Shown: positions 1-12,200 of the stretch, piece by piece | How positions within the stretch are numbered: position 1 is the stretch's first letter | Layout of the letters: every line of letters starts with the position of its first letter | Position numbers and translations under genes: made by a program | Assembly (NCBI GenBank): GCA_964036045.1 | Contig: OZ038378.1 | Coordinates: forward strand, 166,718,001 to 166,782,000 | DNA: 64,000 nt | Source: Eutreptiella sp. 'Long Island Sound 2002' | Lineage: Eukaryota > Protista > Euglenida | Reading direction: 5' to 3' | The notes under the pieces: generated by a model | What the model was told of the DNA's origin: nothing | Seen by the model: the letters and a program-made list of their open reading frames with translations, nothing else | The model's database searches: none

Positions 1-360
1 GGGCCCGCACGGCGGCGGCGGCCCGGTACCCGACGTAGTCGTCGTCCTCCGCGCAGCCGCGCACGGCCCCGAGCAGCGCCTCCAGCGCCCCTTCCGTGAC
101 CAGCCTCTCCCTCGCGCTGTCGCTCTCGGCGAGGCCGGCCAGCGCCGAGGCCGCCTCCCCCTGCGCCAGCGCCGTCCCGGTGCGCACGAGGGCCACCAAA
201 GGGCCCGCGGCCCCGGCGGCGACGACGGCGGTGGCGTTGCCGGGCTCGGCGGTGTACTCGTGCAGGGCCGCGGCGGCCGCCTCCTTCTGCTCGTCGGTGC
301 CGTGCACGAGGTCCCTCACCAGCCCATCCAAGTCCCTTTGCCACGGGTCTGCGGGGCTCT
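1..360 (-). CDS. Exon of an armadillo (ARM)-repeat protein, running off the window edge; not in the ORF track
   Basis: Very GC-rich. The minus strand translates without stops as SPADPWQRDLDGLVRDLVHGTDEQKEAAAAALHEYTAEPGNATAVVAAGAAGPLVALVRTGTALAQGEAASALAGLAESDSARERLVTEGALEALLGAV. The repeated 'GA..PLVALVR.G...AQ..AA.AL' pattern is typical of ARM repeats. It is preceded by a polypyrimidine acceptor (ccatccctccctcctccacag, AG ending at 361). Confidence 0.8.
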
Positions 361-3300
361 CTGTGGAGGAGGGAGGGATGGGCGGTGTCGCTTCCTCATG
401 CCACTGGGACCTGTGCCGGGCCCCTCCCCCTGACGACAGCATACGCAATGCGCGGCGGTCCTTAATGCAACAAAACGATTCCCGGCCACTCCCGTCCACC
501 GCCAACCGCCGTTAACGAAGCAACGACTGCTGCTCGTCAACTGTCCTCCGATCCATTCACTTGCTGCTGGAAACCGCTCGGGGCGATCGGTTGGACGTCA
601 ATCGCTGTCCGTTGGCCAGTGCCCTCACACTACACACAGAATAGTGGCGGACCTGCCGTACAGCACATCCTGTGGTGCGCTCATTATCTTGTGCCGTTAT
701 TCCGGCCCACAGCTCCCTAGCATTGTTCGTGTGTCTCACATCAACGGACGGCGGCTTTGAGATGCGTATTTCTATGGACTTTTCATCCCCCGCCGCATAT
801 ACACCAGTACCCCCTGATGCTTGCACAGTGCCCACAATGACTCAGATGCACCATCGGTAGTAACCGACAGGGGGAGGTTGCAGGTGGGGATGTTGAATCG
901 GCTACAAAACGGGGGGGAGGGGGGGCACAGTTCTCCATTCCAGACGATGGGGGAAATGTTGTAATGGGGTAATAGGCTGGAAGCTTTCATTGATAAGCAG
1001 CAACAGCAGAAACAAACCAGCAGCGCAAAGTACAGTCACAGGCATGGGCGATCTCCGAGTTCTCAGACCCAAAGTCCCGGTAAAATCATATCCACAGGTC
1101 TGTCACAAGGGTATTTCCAACCACCGTCATATCAGCGTTGCTCCACCCATTCATATCTGCTATTGCAAGTGCGATGCAGAGCACAGCTCATACCGCTCAC
1201 TTCTCCAAGGGTCAACAGCATCGCAGCACTCGGGCGCTTGGCACCGACTCCTTTGCATCTGAGAGACCAAAGCACTACCAGCCCACACACTACCACTGCT
1301 GCTGCGAGGCTGTGAAGCCAACCACGACCTGCCCGCCGGCGGCTGTCTAGTGGCTGCCCGGACACCCCAACAGCCGCTGTTGTTGAAGACGTAGCTGCAC
1401 GGGTGTGGACGACAGGAATTGCGAAAGACGACGGAGATGCAATGCGGTCACGCACATGTCGCGAGTGGTCCATGTGCAGAGACGGTGGAGGTTCCGTTGG
1501 AGGCCTGCGGCTCACAACCTGCACTGCCCACAGGTGCTCAGCTGCGATTGCCCCGAACAATATGGCCCCCACAGCAATCCCTAGGCCCACTGCAAGCCCC
1601 ACCAGACAAACGGTCTGGTGTGAGTTGCAGTGACCAGGGTCACAGCAGCACCAGCACTGTAGACTGGGAGGCCAGGGCGGCGGCCGGCGGGGCTTGGGAT
1701 CTGGTGTGATGGCCGCTTCCCAGTGACTGTAGCTGTACATCTGAAAGCGACAGGGTCAATGATCTGCTGACAAAAAGCGAAGGAAAGTTGGGCAAGGGAT
1801 CTGGGAAACAGAAGCAGGGGGCGGGGGGCATGGAGGCTGCGGGCCACTTTGACCCACAACCAGTTGACTCAAGTGCACAACTATTGATATGGTGCAGTTT
1901 GTGAAATCGCGGAAGGTTCTAGTTTGGCTGAAAGGTGCTGTGCGGAACACATGCTACTGCGACTTCCACAGAGGTCAACCATGAGAAAATTGAGGCAACA
2001 GGGAGCAATCGCCATTGACAGATTTGTGCTGTGAGATTTTTCGGCCTGAAGAGGGTTAGTTGATCGATGGATTGATGAACGGGGGCAGACCAAATGCCAA
2101 CAGGAGTGAATGGGTCAAACGTTTTTCTAGGGTGATGCATGACCAACATTGTGTGTGCAGCAGCACTACTGTTTCAGATGCTTAATGTTTCAGGCGTCAT
2201 TATGCTTGGCAAGCTTACGGGGAATGTTTGCCCGGCACGCTACTTTTGTATTGACTATGCCTACTTTAACACCTGTTTTACCCTCCCCTCAAGAAGGCCC
2301 CCAAAGCACAGCAGAATGACCTACAAAGCACATTGCATAGGAGAAACTGACCCAGTGGCTACGTATCCCCTGCCATATCGGGGCTAGGTCAGGTGACCGG
2401 TGGCAATGCAACCCCTGCCATATGTGCGTCTCCAACATGGAGAGGTGTAACATGCCGGTTTCCTCAATTGCACAAGAAAGTTGAACGAACGAACGAACGG
2501 AGGAGGTATCATAGCGGCTACACAATGTGGGGAGGAAATTTGAAGCGGCTACATAACCCCTGCCTTCTGTGGCCCCCAAAGTGGCGAGGAAATCAGAAGT
2601 GGCCACATAACTCAAGGGGCCACTCCATTTGTGGATTGTCAGTCCATACCCCCTATTCACGGAGCCACTCAATTTGTGGATTGATCGCAAGACCATACCC
2701 CCAACTCAAAGGGCCACTAGCATTGTGGGGATGAACATGTGGCTACACCGAGAAAAGTAAAAAATGGCTGGTCATGGGTGGGGGATTGGCCCAAAAGATG
2801 CCGGGCTCCTCCTCAGATTGGCGCCATCTTAGTGCAACCCCAACTCCTAGGGGAATGTGTACCCAAAACACACATTCCGGGGTGAAATGTAGGAAACATC
2901 AGGCCTTGCTTTGGCTGCTGTACATGTTGATGGCCTTTTGATGTGGCCACGTACCAGGCCTACCACTGTCCACTTCCCGACCCAGACCCCTGTCCCTACA
3001 CAGGCTAGCACAAGTGTATTTTTTTGGGGGGGGGCTAACTCAAACTGTTCATGTGGGGTATGGCTGAATATGTATGAATATGTATGCCACATACACCTAA
3101 ACACCAGTCGCTTATTACACCTAGGGCGCCGAGGCACCCAAAACTTTCACCACATGATACACCCACCGCAGTGGTTGTCCGACTGGACTTCCCTGTCCCC
3201 CCCCCCCCCCCGCAATAGACAAACATGGCCTGGGCCATTAACATGGGGCCTCAATCGTCGGTACTGATTGACTGCATGTCCCAACCATAGACACTTTCCA

Positions 3301-6000
3301 CGGTTAGTCCATAAGGTTCTGTGCGTTCCAATGACACACGTTGCTTCAATGCGGCCTTGTACAATTTTGGTCACGGGTGAGCTACACACGGTGCATTAAG
3401 CGATGCAAAATTGGTATTGGGCAAAGAGCAATGACCCCCAGCCAAAGACTTACTGCATTCTACTACTTGCTCACCATCCATGGGCTGCAATGCATGGCAC
3501 TCCTTCAACACAACCCCGGACAACGGCAAATTGGGTCTCAAAAAGAAGCAAAGAAAGAAATGAGCGGGGAGGCTATCATTTAGGGGGGTGGCTAGGCACA
3601 ACTACAGTTTGCGGTAGGCACAACTACAGTTTGTGGAAAAAGAATAGTCACTGCTCACGCTGGGACTGTACGAGCCAGAACTGCTCTGAGCATCAGTTTC
3701 ACTGGCTCCCAAGTCCTGTGCATCTGATTGAGTGTCAGAAAGGATTGAAAGATTCAGTGTTGCAAGTGCTGCCCATGCTTCAGAGGAGTGTTGTGGCGGC
3801 GGCGGTTTGTCCAGGATTGCTAGGCGGTACCCCAGATGGCGCGGATGAATGGATGTCCGCCCTTCCAGACGATATGGGGCTTGCCCGTGTAGCATTACAC
3901 CATGGAGGACAACATGCGATCTAACCGTCAGCAGCCATGTGAACGCATGAGGCATGGCCAGGCAACCAATGAGCAAACATAACCTAGGTCAGCCGTGGAG
4001 CCAAAGGCACTGTGCCATGCGACCCTCAGCGAAGCAATGGCGGGACTCAATGCCCTTAAGCCCAAGTCCAATGCTCCTGAATATGCACACACACACACAC
4101 ACACACACACTCTCTCTCTCTCTCCGCTCCCTACCCGTTAAGGAAATGTGATCCCCCCCCCCCCATAGCCGGAATAGACAATCACACCCCTCCCTTCCCC
4201 TTAAAACAAGCTAAGTATGCGGCGCTTCATTCCCTCCCCTTGGAATACCCCCGTCCATAAGAGTTGGGCCTCATCCCCATCAGGGATGGGAGAGTTGGGG
4301 GCGGTGCGCCGCTGCGCAGCACATTTTCCAAGGGCACTATCAGTACTTCGTAGCTGTCGTCTCGGTTGGCAACATTGTGCTGATTCGCAGATCATTGGGT
4401 AGGGTAATTGTAACGGAGCTTGCGGTAATGGGAACTTCCTAGGACTCCTCATGTACAGAGGGCTGTCCCGACGGCGTGGCAAAGGGGTCCATTGCAGAGG
4501 CCAAGAGATCATCCAAACACATGGGCTGCAGATCATCATCTGTGGCATTCCCCGAGGTGGCCGCTGGCAACCACATGGGGTCCACTAGTGAGGGGGAGAG
4601 GTGACTGCGGGCGCCCAGCACGACATGTCAAACTCACCCTTGGGTGTCGCACGTGTTGGTTGCGTGTGCGGCTGACTAGGACCACTGAACACCACAGGTA
4701 GGGTGGCCAGCCGGCTCGCACCTAGCACCGCCTACAATAGGCGGGGGAGCGGCGGGAGTATTGGTGGTGATCGCATCCTAGGCAGGGAAACAACGCCCAT
4801 CCTTGTACTCAGCAGCTCCACGGCCAAGACCCATCGCCGTGGCGCCTTGTGGTATCTGCCTCTATCTTATTAGCAGAGTGATTGCAGGGGGAACCGCGTT
4901 GTCGCCTGCGGGCCCTGGACGAAGCAGTTGCGCCTACGGCATAGCCACTCATACTGCATGTGTGTACACACGCGCTGCCATCTCAAGCGTCAAAAACCCC
5001 AGTCGCATAAGGTATTGTATGCCCCCTACCGTCATGGGTGCCCTAGGTGGCGTTTGTATTCGTGTGCTTGAGAGGACTTTGGATGCACCAGTGGTGCCAT
5101 CCTCATCACCTGACGCATCACGAGAGCTTGAGGAACTCTCTGATGAACCTGTGTCAGGTTCAACTTCAGACTGGTGAAAAATTCCATCCTGGAAATGATT
5201 CCAAGGGCCAAATGTGTTTTGGAGCGTGGTGCATGTCCCGTGTGTCTCCCTTTGGGTATACGTGGATTTCTTGACCCGTGTTCTGGTTTGGCGCGTCGCA
5301 CCATTGGTCTTGGGGTGTGATGTCTCGCGGGAGTGGTGCGAGCGTGACGCGCGATTGGCGTTGGTGCCCATGAAGACTGCGAAGAGAAAGCTTCCAGCAT
5401 TGAAATGACCACCTTAGGTGGAATCCGGCGTGGTGGCCGCGCTACCGTGACAGCAGTGGCAGAAGGGTGGGGAGGGGGGCATGCTTGTCTATTTTGGCTG
5501 GGGGCGCCATTCTGGCAGGCCATGAGCAATGCATACTAAGCTTGCTTATACCCCCGTGACACAGGCATATGGTCATAGCTACAACTCACATTCTGGCAGC
5601 ACGGGGGGGGGGCATGGTTTAGCATGGTTTCACATTTTGAGCTGTTGGAGTTTTCTCGGGTCTAGATCCCCCACACAACTATCTGCCACCAGAGGCCCTG
5701 TGTGTGTGGTGGGCCATTTGTTGCATTGTGATGTCAAGCAAAGACTGAACGTGCGCCATATGTGCCCTAGACACGCATGTTAAAGGTGATATTGTTGTTA
5801 TTCGGGAAAACTTTAACAACATCAACACACAGTTGACATTTTTATCGTGAGTTTTTGTAGCTTTTGTGGCCACCACGAGTTTTCATTATGCCCACGTTGG
5901 CAGGAGTTTGGCCCATGATAGCTCATTTTGCAAATTTGCCAGCCACGTTAAAAAGGCTAACCTTATAAAGTTTTAAAATGTAATTTTCAATTGATAGTAA

Positions 6001-6553
6001 GAGGGAGTACTCGCACCGTGTGCGCTCTGTGCGTGCACCTTGCCAAGTATTTGAACAATTTCCCCAGCAGATGGTCTACCGGGAGAGGGGTTGTAGATGG
6101 CACCTAGTAGGCTCTGAAGTGTTACCATATCCCCATGGTTGGCTCTCAATGGTTGCTGTTATATCCTGGTGGGCCTTGAATGGTCACTGTGATTTCCTGG
6201 CGTGCCCATGTGGACTCCAATTCGATGTGCTAGTGCCCGTGGGTGATGAACAATGCGCCCATTGACTTCATACTTGATTGCCACGAACTGCCCGCATTCG
6301 GACGGTGCTTCAACAGTGGCTGCAACTGGGGTGCAAGTAGAACAGGTGTACGTGACAGCGACACCAGTGGGAAGCCATGAAAGAGACATTGCTGCGTGGG
6401 AAAACAAAATAAAGGATGTGGGCAGACAATTTGTGGCCCTTTGCCCTAACAACGGCATGCATTACCCTCTAAATTAGAGGAACTGGTCCCGAGAACAACA
6501 AAAATACTCGCACCGTGCGTGCACTGTGCTCGCACCGTGCCCAGTACTCCCTC
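6001..6553. mobile_element. MITE-like element, probably PIF/Harbinger-derived
   Basis: Inverted termini GAGGGAGTACT (6001-6011) and AGTACTCCCTC (6543-6553). TAA lies immediately outside both ends (5998-6000 and 6554-6556). Subterminal GCACCGTG/GTGCGTGCAC motifs at both ends. A TAA target duplication is characteristic of PIF/Harbinger. Confidence 0.6.
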
Positions 6554-8502
6554 TAATGCACTGTTAATAATAAGGCACCACCGTTATTGTTAATCCCGTC
6601 ATCTGAGATGCAGACACCCAAATATTTCAGCTACCACTTTAAATGTTAACGCTCCCCAAAATTCTCTCCCTTGCAGCCAAAACACACAAAAAACAGGGTG
6701 AAATCTTGTCTTTCCACTTCCAAACAGTTTGTGTTCAGTCCAAGTGACTCAAGGATGCCTTACACCTCTTGAGACCCAGTGGTGGCGTCCCATAGGGTTG
6801 CAGTTTACTGGGTGGCTCCACCACCACCTAGAGCACCATCGTCAGGCATCGTTGGGGACACGTTTTCGTGCTCAGAGTCAGGTTTGGGGCCAGGCTTGGG
6901 TTTGGGTTTGCTGTTTTGGGGGCCGAGTGTGCTCAAACTGGCGCTGCGCCGCATCTTTCGTGGTGAAAAAGAGGGTGCAGTGGGCATCAAGTATTGTGTG
7001 GTGAAAAGAAGGTCAACAGACATGGTCAGCTCAAAATGAATCACCTGCCCCTGCACAACGAGTGACATCTGCTTATCCCAATAGTTGAACAACACTAGAG
7101 TTCAAACCAGATTCAAAGCAAGAAACATTGCCTTTACTACAGGGTTGCATATTTCCTTGATAGATAGCTATATCTGTACAGTTGAGGCATTTGTGCAGGA
7201 GAGCTTAAAAATATTTCGCTGAAGGTGTACAACACAGGGGATTTATTCACCCTCATACTCAAACCCACACGTGGTTGGTCCTGTTGGGCACCACTCAGGT
7301 GACTATGCCAAGCACAATACCAGAGGGGAGGGGACCCAAATCGGCGTCCCAATTCTCCTCCATCTGCACCAACCTGTTGTCCCCGAGTCAGAGTCACTGT
7401 CTCACTCAAGCTGGTGGGCTTGAAGGGCAGCCGGGGAGAGCGAGGGGCATACAGAGGGGCGGGAGCGGTGTTGATGGGCTCAGTTCAAGTAAGCCAGAGC
7501 ACCATTGACAAACAAGGCCACAGCCGAATGGCCTGGCTGACCAGAGGAGGAGAACAACAGCAACAGACAACGAGGTCGAGATTCTAGGCATGGAGAGCAA
7601 GATCTGTGTGCTTTGCTGTCCATTTGGGCTGTCTCAAGGGATGCTGTACGCTGCACCAATCCCCAAATGATCCATCTTAGGGTACCATCTCATGCAGGGC
7701 AAGAGGTGACTGCATGCTAAATGCCACTACCTGCAGTGTGAAATATCGCAGATTGTACCATTTGAGGCTGCTGATTCCGTGTGATATGACATTCAACAAT
7801 GTTCTAATGTACAGTTGTGCATGGCTTGCTGCTTGGGCTGCACAAGAATTTTCGGATTTAATTGTCCGTTGATGGTGTCAAGTGCCTTCCATGACAGTAT
7901 GACAGTGGTGGCGCTGCGATGCTAGCCAGAAATCCCACAGTACTGTAATTAGATTGCAAACGCGTCCCTTTGACAAAGAACAGTTGCGTTTGGAAAACAT
8001 TTGGTGTGCGCCCACTGGATGTGCACAGGTGGGTTTGTAGTTTCACTCATTGTTTACATGTTGCCTAACGGGACCTCTCACCCCATGCCCACCCAAGTGT
8101 CACAGGTGGGGCACGCGGCCGGACAAAAGAACGGGGGCATGGGACTGGCCACCACCCCCGTCGCTCTGGATTAAAGCAACGAATTATTCATTCATTAATT
8201 GCAGAGTATTCTTTGACCATTGCTTCGATACAAAGGGCTGCAATGCACAATATCCGAACTTGACTTCAACAACAGAAATAGGGCCGACAGCCACAACACT
8301 GCTCGACTGAAAAGGTTGAACAATGATTGAAATGAAAAAGTCCAATACACAGAGGGATTCAGAACAGCAAAACTTTCGGATGAGCAATTTCTGTGCCTTT
8401 TGTTTTGCTGTTTGTTTATTTGTGGGCTGAAAGCAAACTCCTTGTTTCCCTCAAGTCTACACCTGCTGGTGCCCTCAATGAACAAGTCCAAATGTTGCTG
8501 GC

Positions 8503-10224
8503 TCATAGATTGAGAGTCAGAGTATGCAAGGCTGCATCTTTCAGCCCAGCAAGTGCGTGTGCACCACTGTCGCCGACTTCGTTGAACTTCAGATCTATCA
8601 GCAGGTTGCACAGTGTGGTTGCATCCTTCAAGCCAGCAAGCGCTTGTGCACCACTGTTTCCAATGTTGTTGCCATACAGATTCAGAGTCAGAGTGCGCAA
8701 TTTACTATCCTTCATTCCTGCAAGGGCATGGGCACCACTATCACCAATCTTGTTGAATTGTAGGCTCAGATGAAGAGTATGCAGTGCGACTGCATTCTTG
8801 AACCCAGCGAGTGCTTGGGCACCACTGTCTCCCATGTTATTCCGGTACAATGTCAGAGTGAGTGTGTGCAGCGCAGCTGCATGCTTCAACTCCGCAAGTG
8901 CCTGAACACCCCTATGCCCTACTTCGATGTGCTGCAGGTCCAGAGTCAGAGTATGTAGTGCAGCTGCGTGTTTCAGCCCCGCGAGTGCTTCAGCACCACA
9001 GTCCCCCAGGTTGTTGCCGCACAGATTCAGAGTCAAACCCTGCAGTCCAGCGGCATCCTTCAGCCCAGCAAGCGCTTGGGCACCAATGGCTCCCACTTTG
9101 TTGTTGCACAGATTCAGAGTCAGATTACGCAGTGCAGCTGCATCCTTCAATGCAGCCAGCGCTTGCGCACCAGTATCTCCAATATTGTTGCCACACAGAT
9201 TCACAGTCAGAGTGTGCAGCTTGGCTGCATCCTTCAACTCCGCAAGGGCCTGAGCCCCGCTGTCTCCAATGTTGTTAGATTTCAGGATCAGACTTAGAGT
9301 ATGAAGTGCAGTTGCATTCTTGAACCCAGCAAGTGCCTGGGCGCCACTGTCCCCCACATTATTCAGGTCTAGTATCAGAGTCAGACTGCGGAGCGCGGCG
9401 TCCTTCATTGCAGCCAGTGCTTTCGCACCACTGTCCCCTATTGCGTTGCACTGCACATCCAAAATGAGAGTGTGTAGTGCAGCTGCGTGCCTAAACATTG
9501 CAAGTGCTTTGGCACCCCTGTCCCCCACGTTGTTGCCACACAGATTCAACGTCAGAGTATGCAGTTTAGCTGCATCCTTCAACCCAGCAAGTGCATGGGC
9601 ACCACTGGCGCCTATTTTGTTGCCACACAATATCAGAGTTAAAGTGTGCAGTGCAGCCGCATTCTTCAATCCAGCAAGTGCCTGCGCACCAATGTCTCCC
9701 ACATTGTTAGGGGCCGATGCATTGAAAGACAGAGTGTGTAGCGCAGCCGCGTTATTGAACGTGGACACATTCAAAGACAGGGTGTGCAATGCAGCTGCAT
9801 CCTTCAACGCTGCAAGTGCCTGCACACCACTATCTCCCACGTTGTTGTTGGACAGATCCAGGGATAACGTGTGCAGTGCAGCGACATCTTTTAATCCAGC
9901 AAGCGCTTGGGCACCACAGTCTCCGATACCGTTACTGTGCAGATTCAGAGTCAAAGTGTGCAGCGCAGCTGCGTCCTTTAACCTGGCAAGCGCCTGGGCA
10001 CCAGAGGCTCCCACTGTCATCAGTTTCAAAGACATGGTGTGCAATGCCTGCATGCACAAATTCCGCATCACTTTGAAGACATCGGGTCCCCTGACAACAC
10101 CGTACCGTACATGTCGCTGCTGCAAGATATTCCACATCCGAAGACACACATGACTGCACACCGCGTTCTGTGCAAAGTCAGAGATACAAATCAAGACATC
10201 CTGAGGCAACTCAAATAGCTTCAT
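8503..10224 (-). CDS. Intronless leucine-rich-repeat protein (RNI-like 28-aa repeats) with F-box-like N-terminus
   Basis: ORF 8503..10257 with ATG at 10224 (MKLFELPQDVLICISDFAQNAVCSHVCLRMWNIL, F-box-like). Followed by roughly 17-18 repeats of consensus LHTLTLNLxxNNIGDSGAQALAxLKDAAA. Confidence 0.9.
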   Translation of the reverse strand: MKLFELPQDVLICISDFAQNAVCSHVCLRMWNILQQRHVRYGVVRGPDVFKVMRNLCMQALHTMSLKLMTVGASGAQALARLKDAAALHTLTLNLHSNGIGDCGAQALAGLKDVAALHTLSLDLSNNNVGDSGVQALAALKDAAALHTLSLNVSTFNNAAALHTLSFNASAPNNVGDIGAQALAGLKNAAALHTLTLILCGNKIGASGAHALAGLKDAAKLHTLTLNLCGNNVGDRGAKALAMFRHAAALHTLILDVQCNAIGDSGAKALAAMKDAALRSLTLILDLNNVGDSGAQALAGFKNATALHTLSLILKSNNIGDSGAQALAELKDAAKLHTLTVNLCGNNIGDTGAQALAALKDAAALRNLTLNLCNNKVGAIGAQALAGLKDAAGLQGLTLNLCGNNLGDCGAEALAGLKHAAALHTLTLDLQHIEVGHRGVQALAELKHAAALHTLTLTLYRNNMGDSGAQALAGFKNAVALHTLHLSLQFNKIGDSGAHALAGMKDSKLRTLTLNLYGNNIGNSGAQALAGLKDATTLCNLLIDLKFNEVGDSGAHALAGLKDAALHTLTLNL

Positions 10225-11339
10225 ATCTGCAGGAGCACAGGCAGTCTGTAGAGACAACGCCCAGGCAAACGATTGGCAAAGATGTGCTCATGTGGGCTGC
10301 CAAGTTGCACGGCACCCATACATCCTCCCTGAAAGCAGAATTGCATGGAGCAATGGAAATTCCGCGATGCAATTGCCCTCCCCTTGCCCCCCGGACATTC
10401 CTCATACCCTGCCCCCCCCCCCCCTTGCAATCCCCTCCTTTAGTGCGCGACGGTCTCCCGGCCGGGGGGGGGGGGCGGTCGCTAAGTGACTGTCTCCCCT
10501 GGGGGGGGGGGGATTGCAAGGGTATTCCAAGGCAAACTAAACAGCAAATGTTGGGCATCATTTTGCATGTGTCTGCTCTTGCTCATGTCCAACTCTGATG
10601 CTCGCGTGTTGCAACAATTTTGTGAGGTTTGACTGTTCAATGATACCATCCCTCCTCCACAAGTAGTACAAGAATAATGGTACAATAACCCTGCCGGGCA
10701 GTGGGTGGCCATGATATCAGCTTTTCAAATAACCCGCATGATCTCAACCGCAACCCCATGCCTCTCTTTTCGAGAGCCTGTTCAGTTTTCTTCTCAGCTG
10801 TCCTTTCACTTGGCCCTACACAATCCTGAAAGACCTTGTCCACGTCAAAATGCTTCCCCGCCGAAAAGCAGCACTTTGTGTAGTAGTCTAGGCCCTGGGG
10901 CTCCGTGTCCAGTTCCCCTGCTGGCATCCTTGTGCTGGCCTTCCCTGGACACTATGCACCACGCAACCAAAGGCAATTCCACACACTCTGATTGTTCAGC
11001 CGCTGTAGCGCCTTCATCACATCTGCCGCTTCCTATGGGGTCCGAAACCGCTGAATTCGCATTTCAAAGCGCATGATTTGCTTGACAGCCCCTCCATTGC
11101 ATGGGACCTTTTGAGATGATACACCTGGTCCACCGTTGAACATGAATTCTGACAGATCAAACCCAGGTTCATGAGCTCAGTCATGCAACTTCTTATCGGT
11201 CATGATGGCGGCGATCCTCAATCCCTGCCCTCCTCTTCTGCCCCCCGCCCACCCAATGCAGCGGTCCAACCGGTTGTCTGCCTCAACCTGCCTCCCAACG
11301 CTTAAAGTGACGATGTAGAGGGACTGTATTACCAGTTCG

Positions 11340-12200
11340 AGGGACCGTGTCGACTGATCGTATGGAGGGACCCCATTTTGAGGGACCGGATAGAGTGACA
11401 GTATGGAGTGACTGTCCTGAGTGACCGTTTTGAGGGACCATATAGAGGCACCTCATGGGGGAATGTTTGCCCGGTGCGCGCCCGGCGCATGCCCGGCGCG
11501 CTACCTTTGTATCAAGTATCGTATCTCTAGCCCCAGGTTTATCCTCACCTTGGGAATTCCCCCAAGTAGACCGCACTAGACCGCAAACCTTCCCCGCAAG
11601 GCACCTTGTATAAGCCGAAATATGAGAATTCAACAACACAAAATGTCACACCAACCACTTCCAACCACCACCCTTGCAGTCGTCATAAACTGCAAAGGTG
11701 CAAAGGATGGGCCAAATTCTTAGACAAGGTGCTCCAAATTGTTTGGTGAGGGGGGGGGGCAAAAACAGGCACAGGTGGGGAATGGTCAAAAAAAGATGCC
11801 CGGCGGGCTAACGCTCCCCCCATGACCGGCTGGAGGGACCGTTCAGACTGACCGTACTAAGGGACCGTATGGAGGGACCGTACAGAGGGACCACTCAGAG
11901 TGACCGTCTGGAGTGAACGTATGGAGTGACCGTATGACCGATAGAGTGACATATAGACGGACCGTATGGAGGGACATAGAGTGGCTGTATGCAGTGAGTG
12001 TATGGAGTGAGTGTATGGAGTGACCGTATGTGGTGACCGTATGGGGTGACTGTATAGAGTGACCTGATGAAGTGACCATATGACCGTATAGAGGGACCGT
12101 ATGGAGTTACCGTCTCTGAGTGACAATTTTGAATAACCGTATAGAGTGACCATATGGAGTGACTGCATAGAGTGACCGTATAGTATGGCATGACCGTGTC
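11340..12200. repeat. Degenerate minisatellite (GTGACCGTATGGA/GAGGGACC-type units) interrupted by a MITE
   Basis: Many copies of gtgaccgtat(g/a)gag and gagggacc at 11340-11450 and 11830-12200. Confidence 0.8.
11457..11820. mobile_element. MITE-like element with imperfect TIRs; related copy at ~2220-2810
   Basis: The left end gggggaatgtttgcccgg matches the reverse complement of the right end (ggggggagcgttagcccg). The start ggggaatgtttgcccgg and a near-end aaagatgcc(c)gg recur at 2220 and ~2795. Confidence 0.5.

Noticed and set aside
6805-7095. Possible upstream exon of the ARM gene (LFNYWDKQMSLVVQGQVIHFEL...)
   Set aside because: Protein-like, but with no recognisable motif and no confident donor or phase link.
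8503-8505. Selenocysteine or recoded TGA in the LRR gene
   Set aside because: No SECIS-like element identified, the aligned position is variable among repeats, and other genes here end at ordinary stops.
8524-10153. Plus-strand ORFs overlapping the LRR gene
   Set aside because: These are antisense shadows of the repetitive LRR coding sequence.
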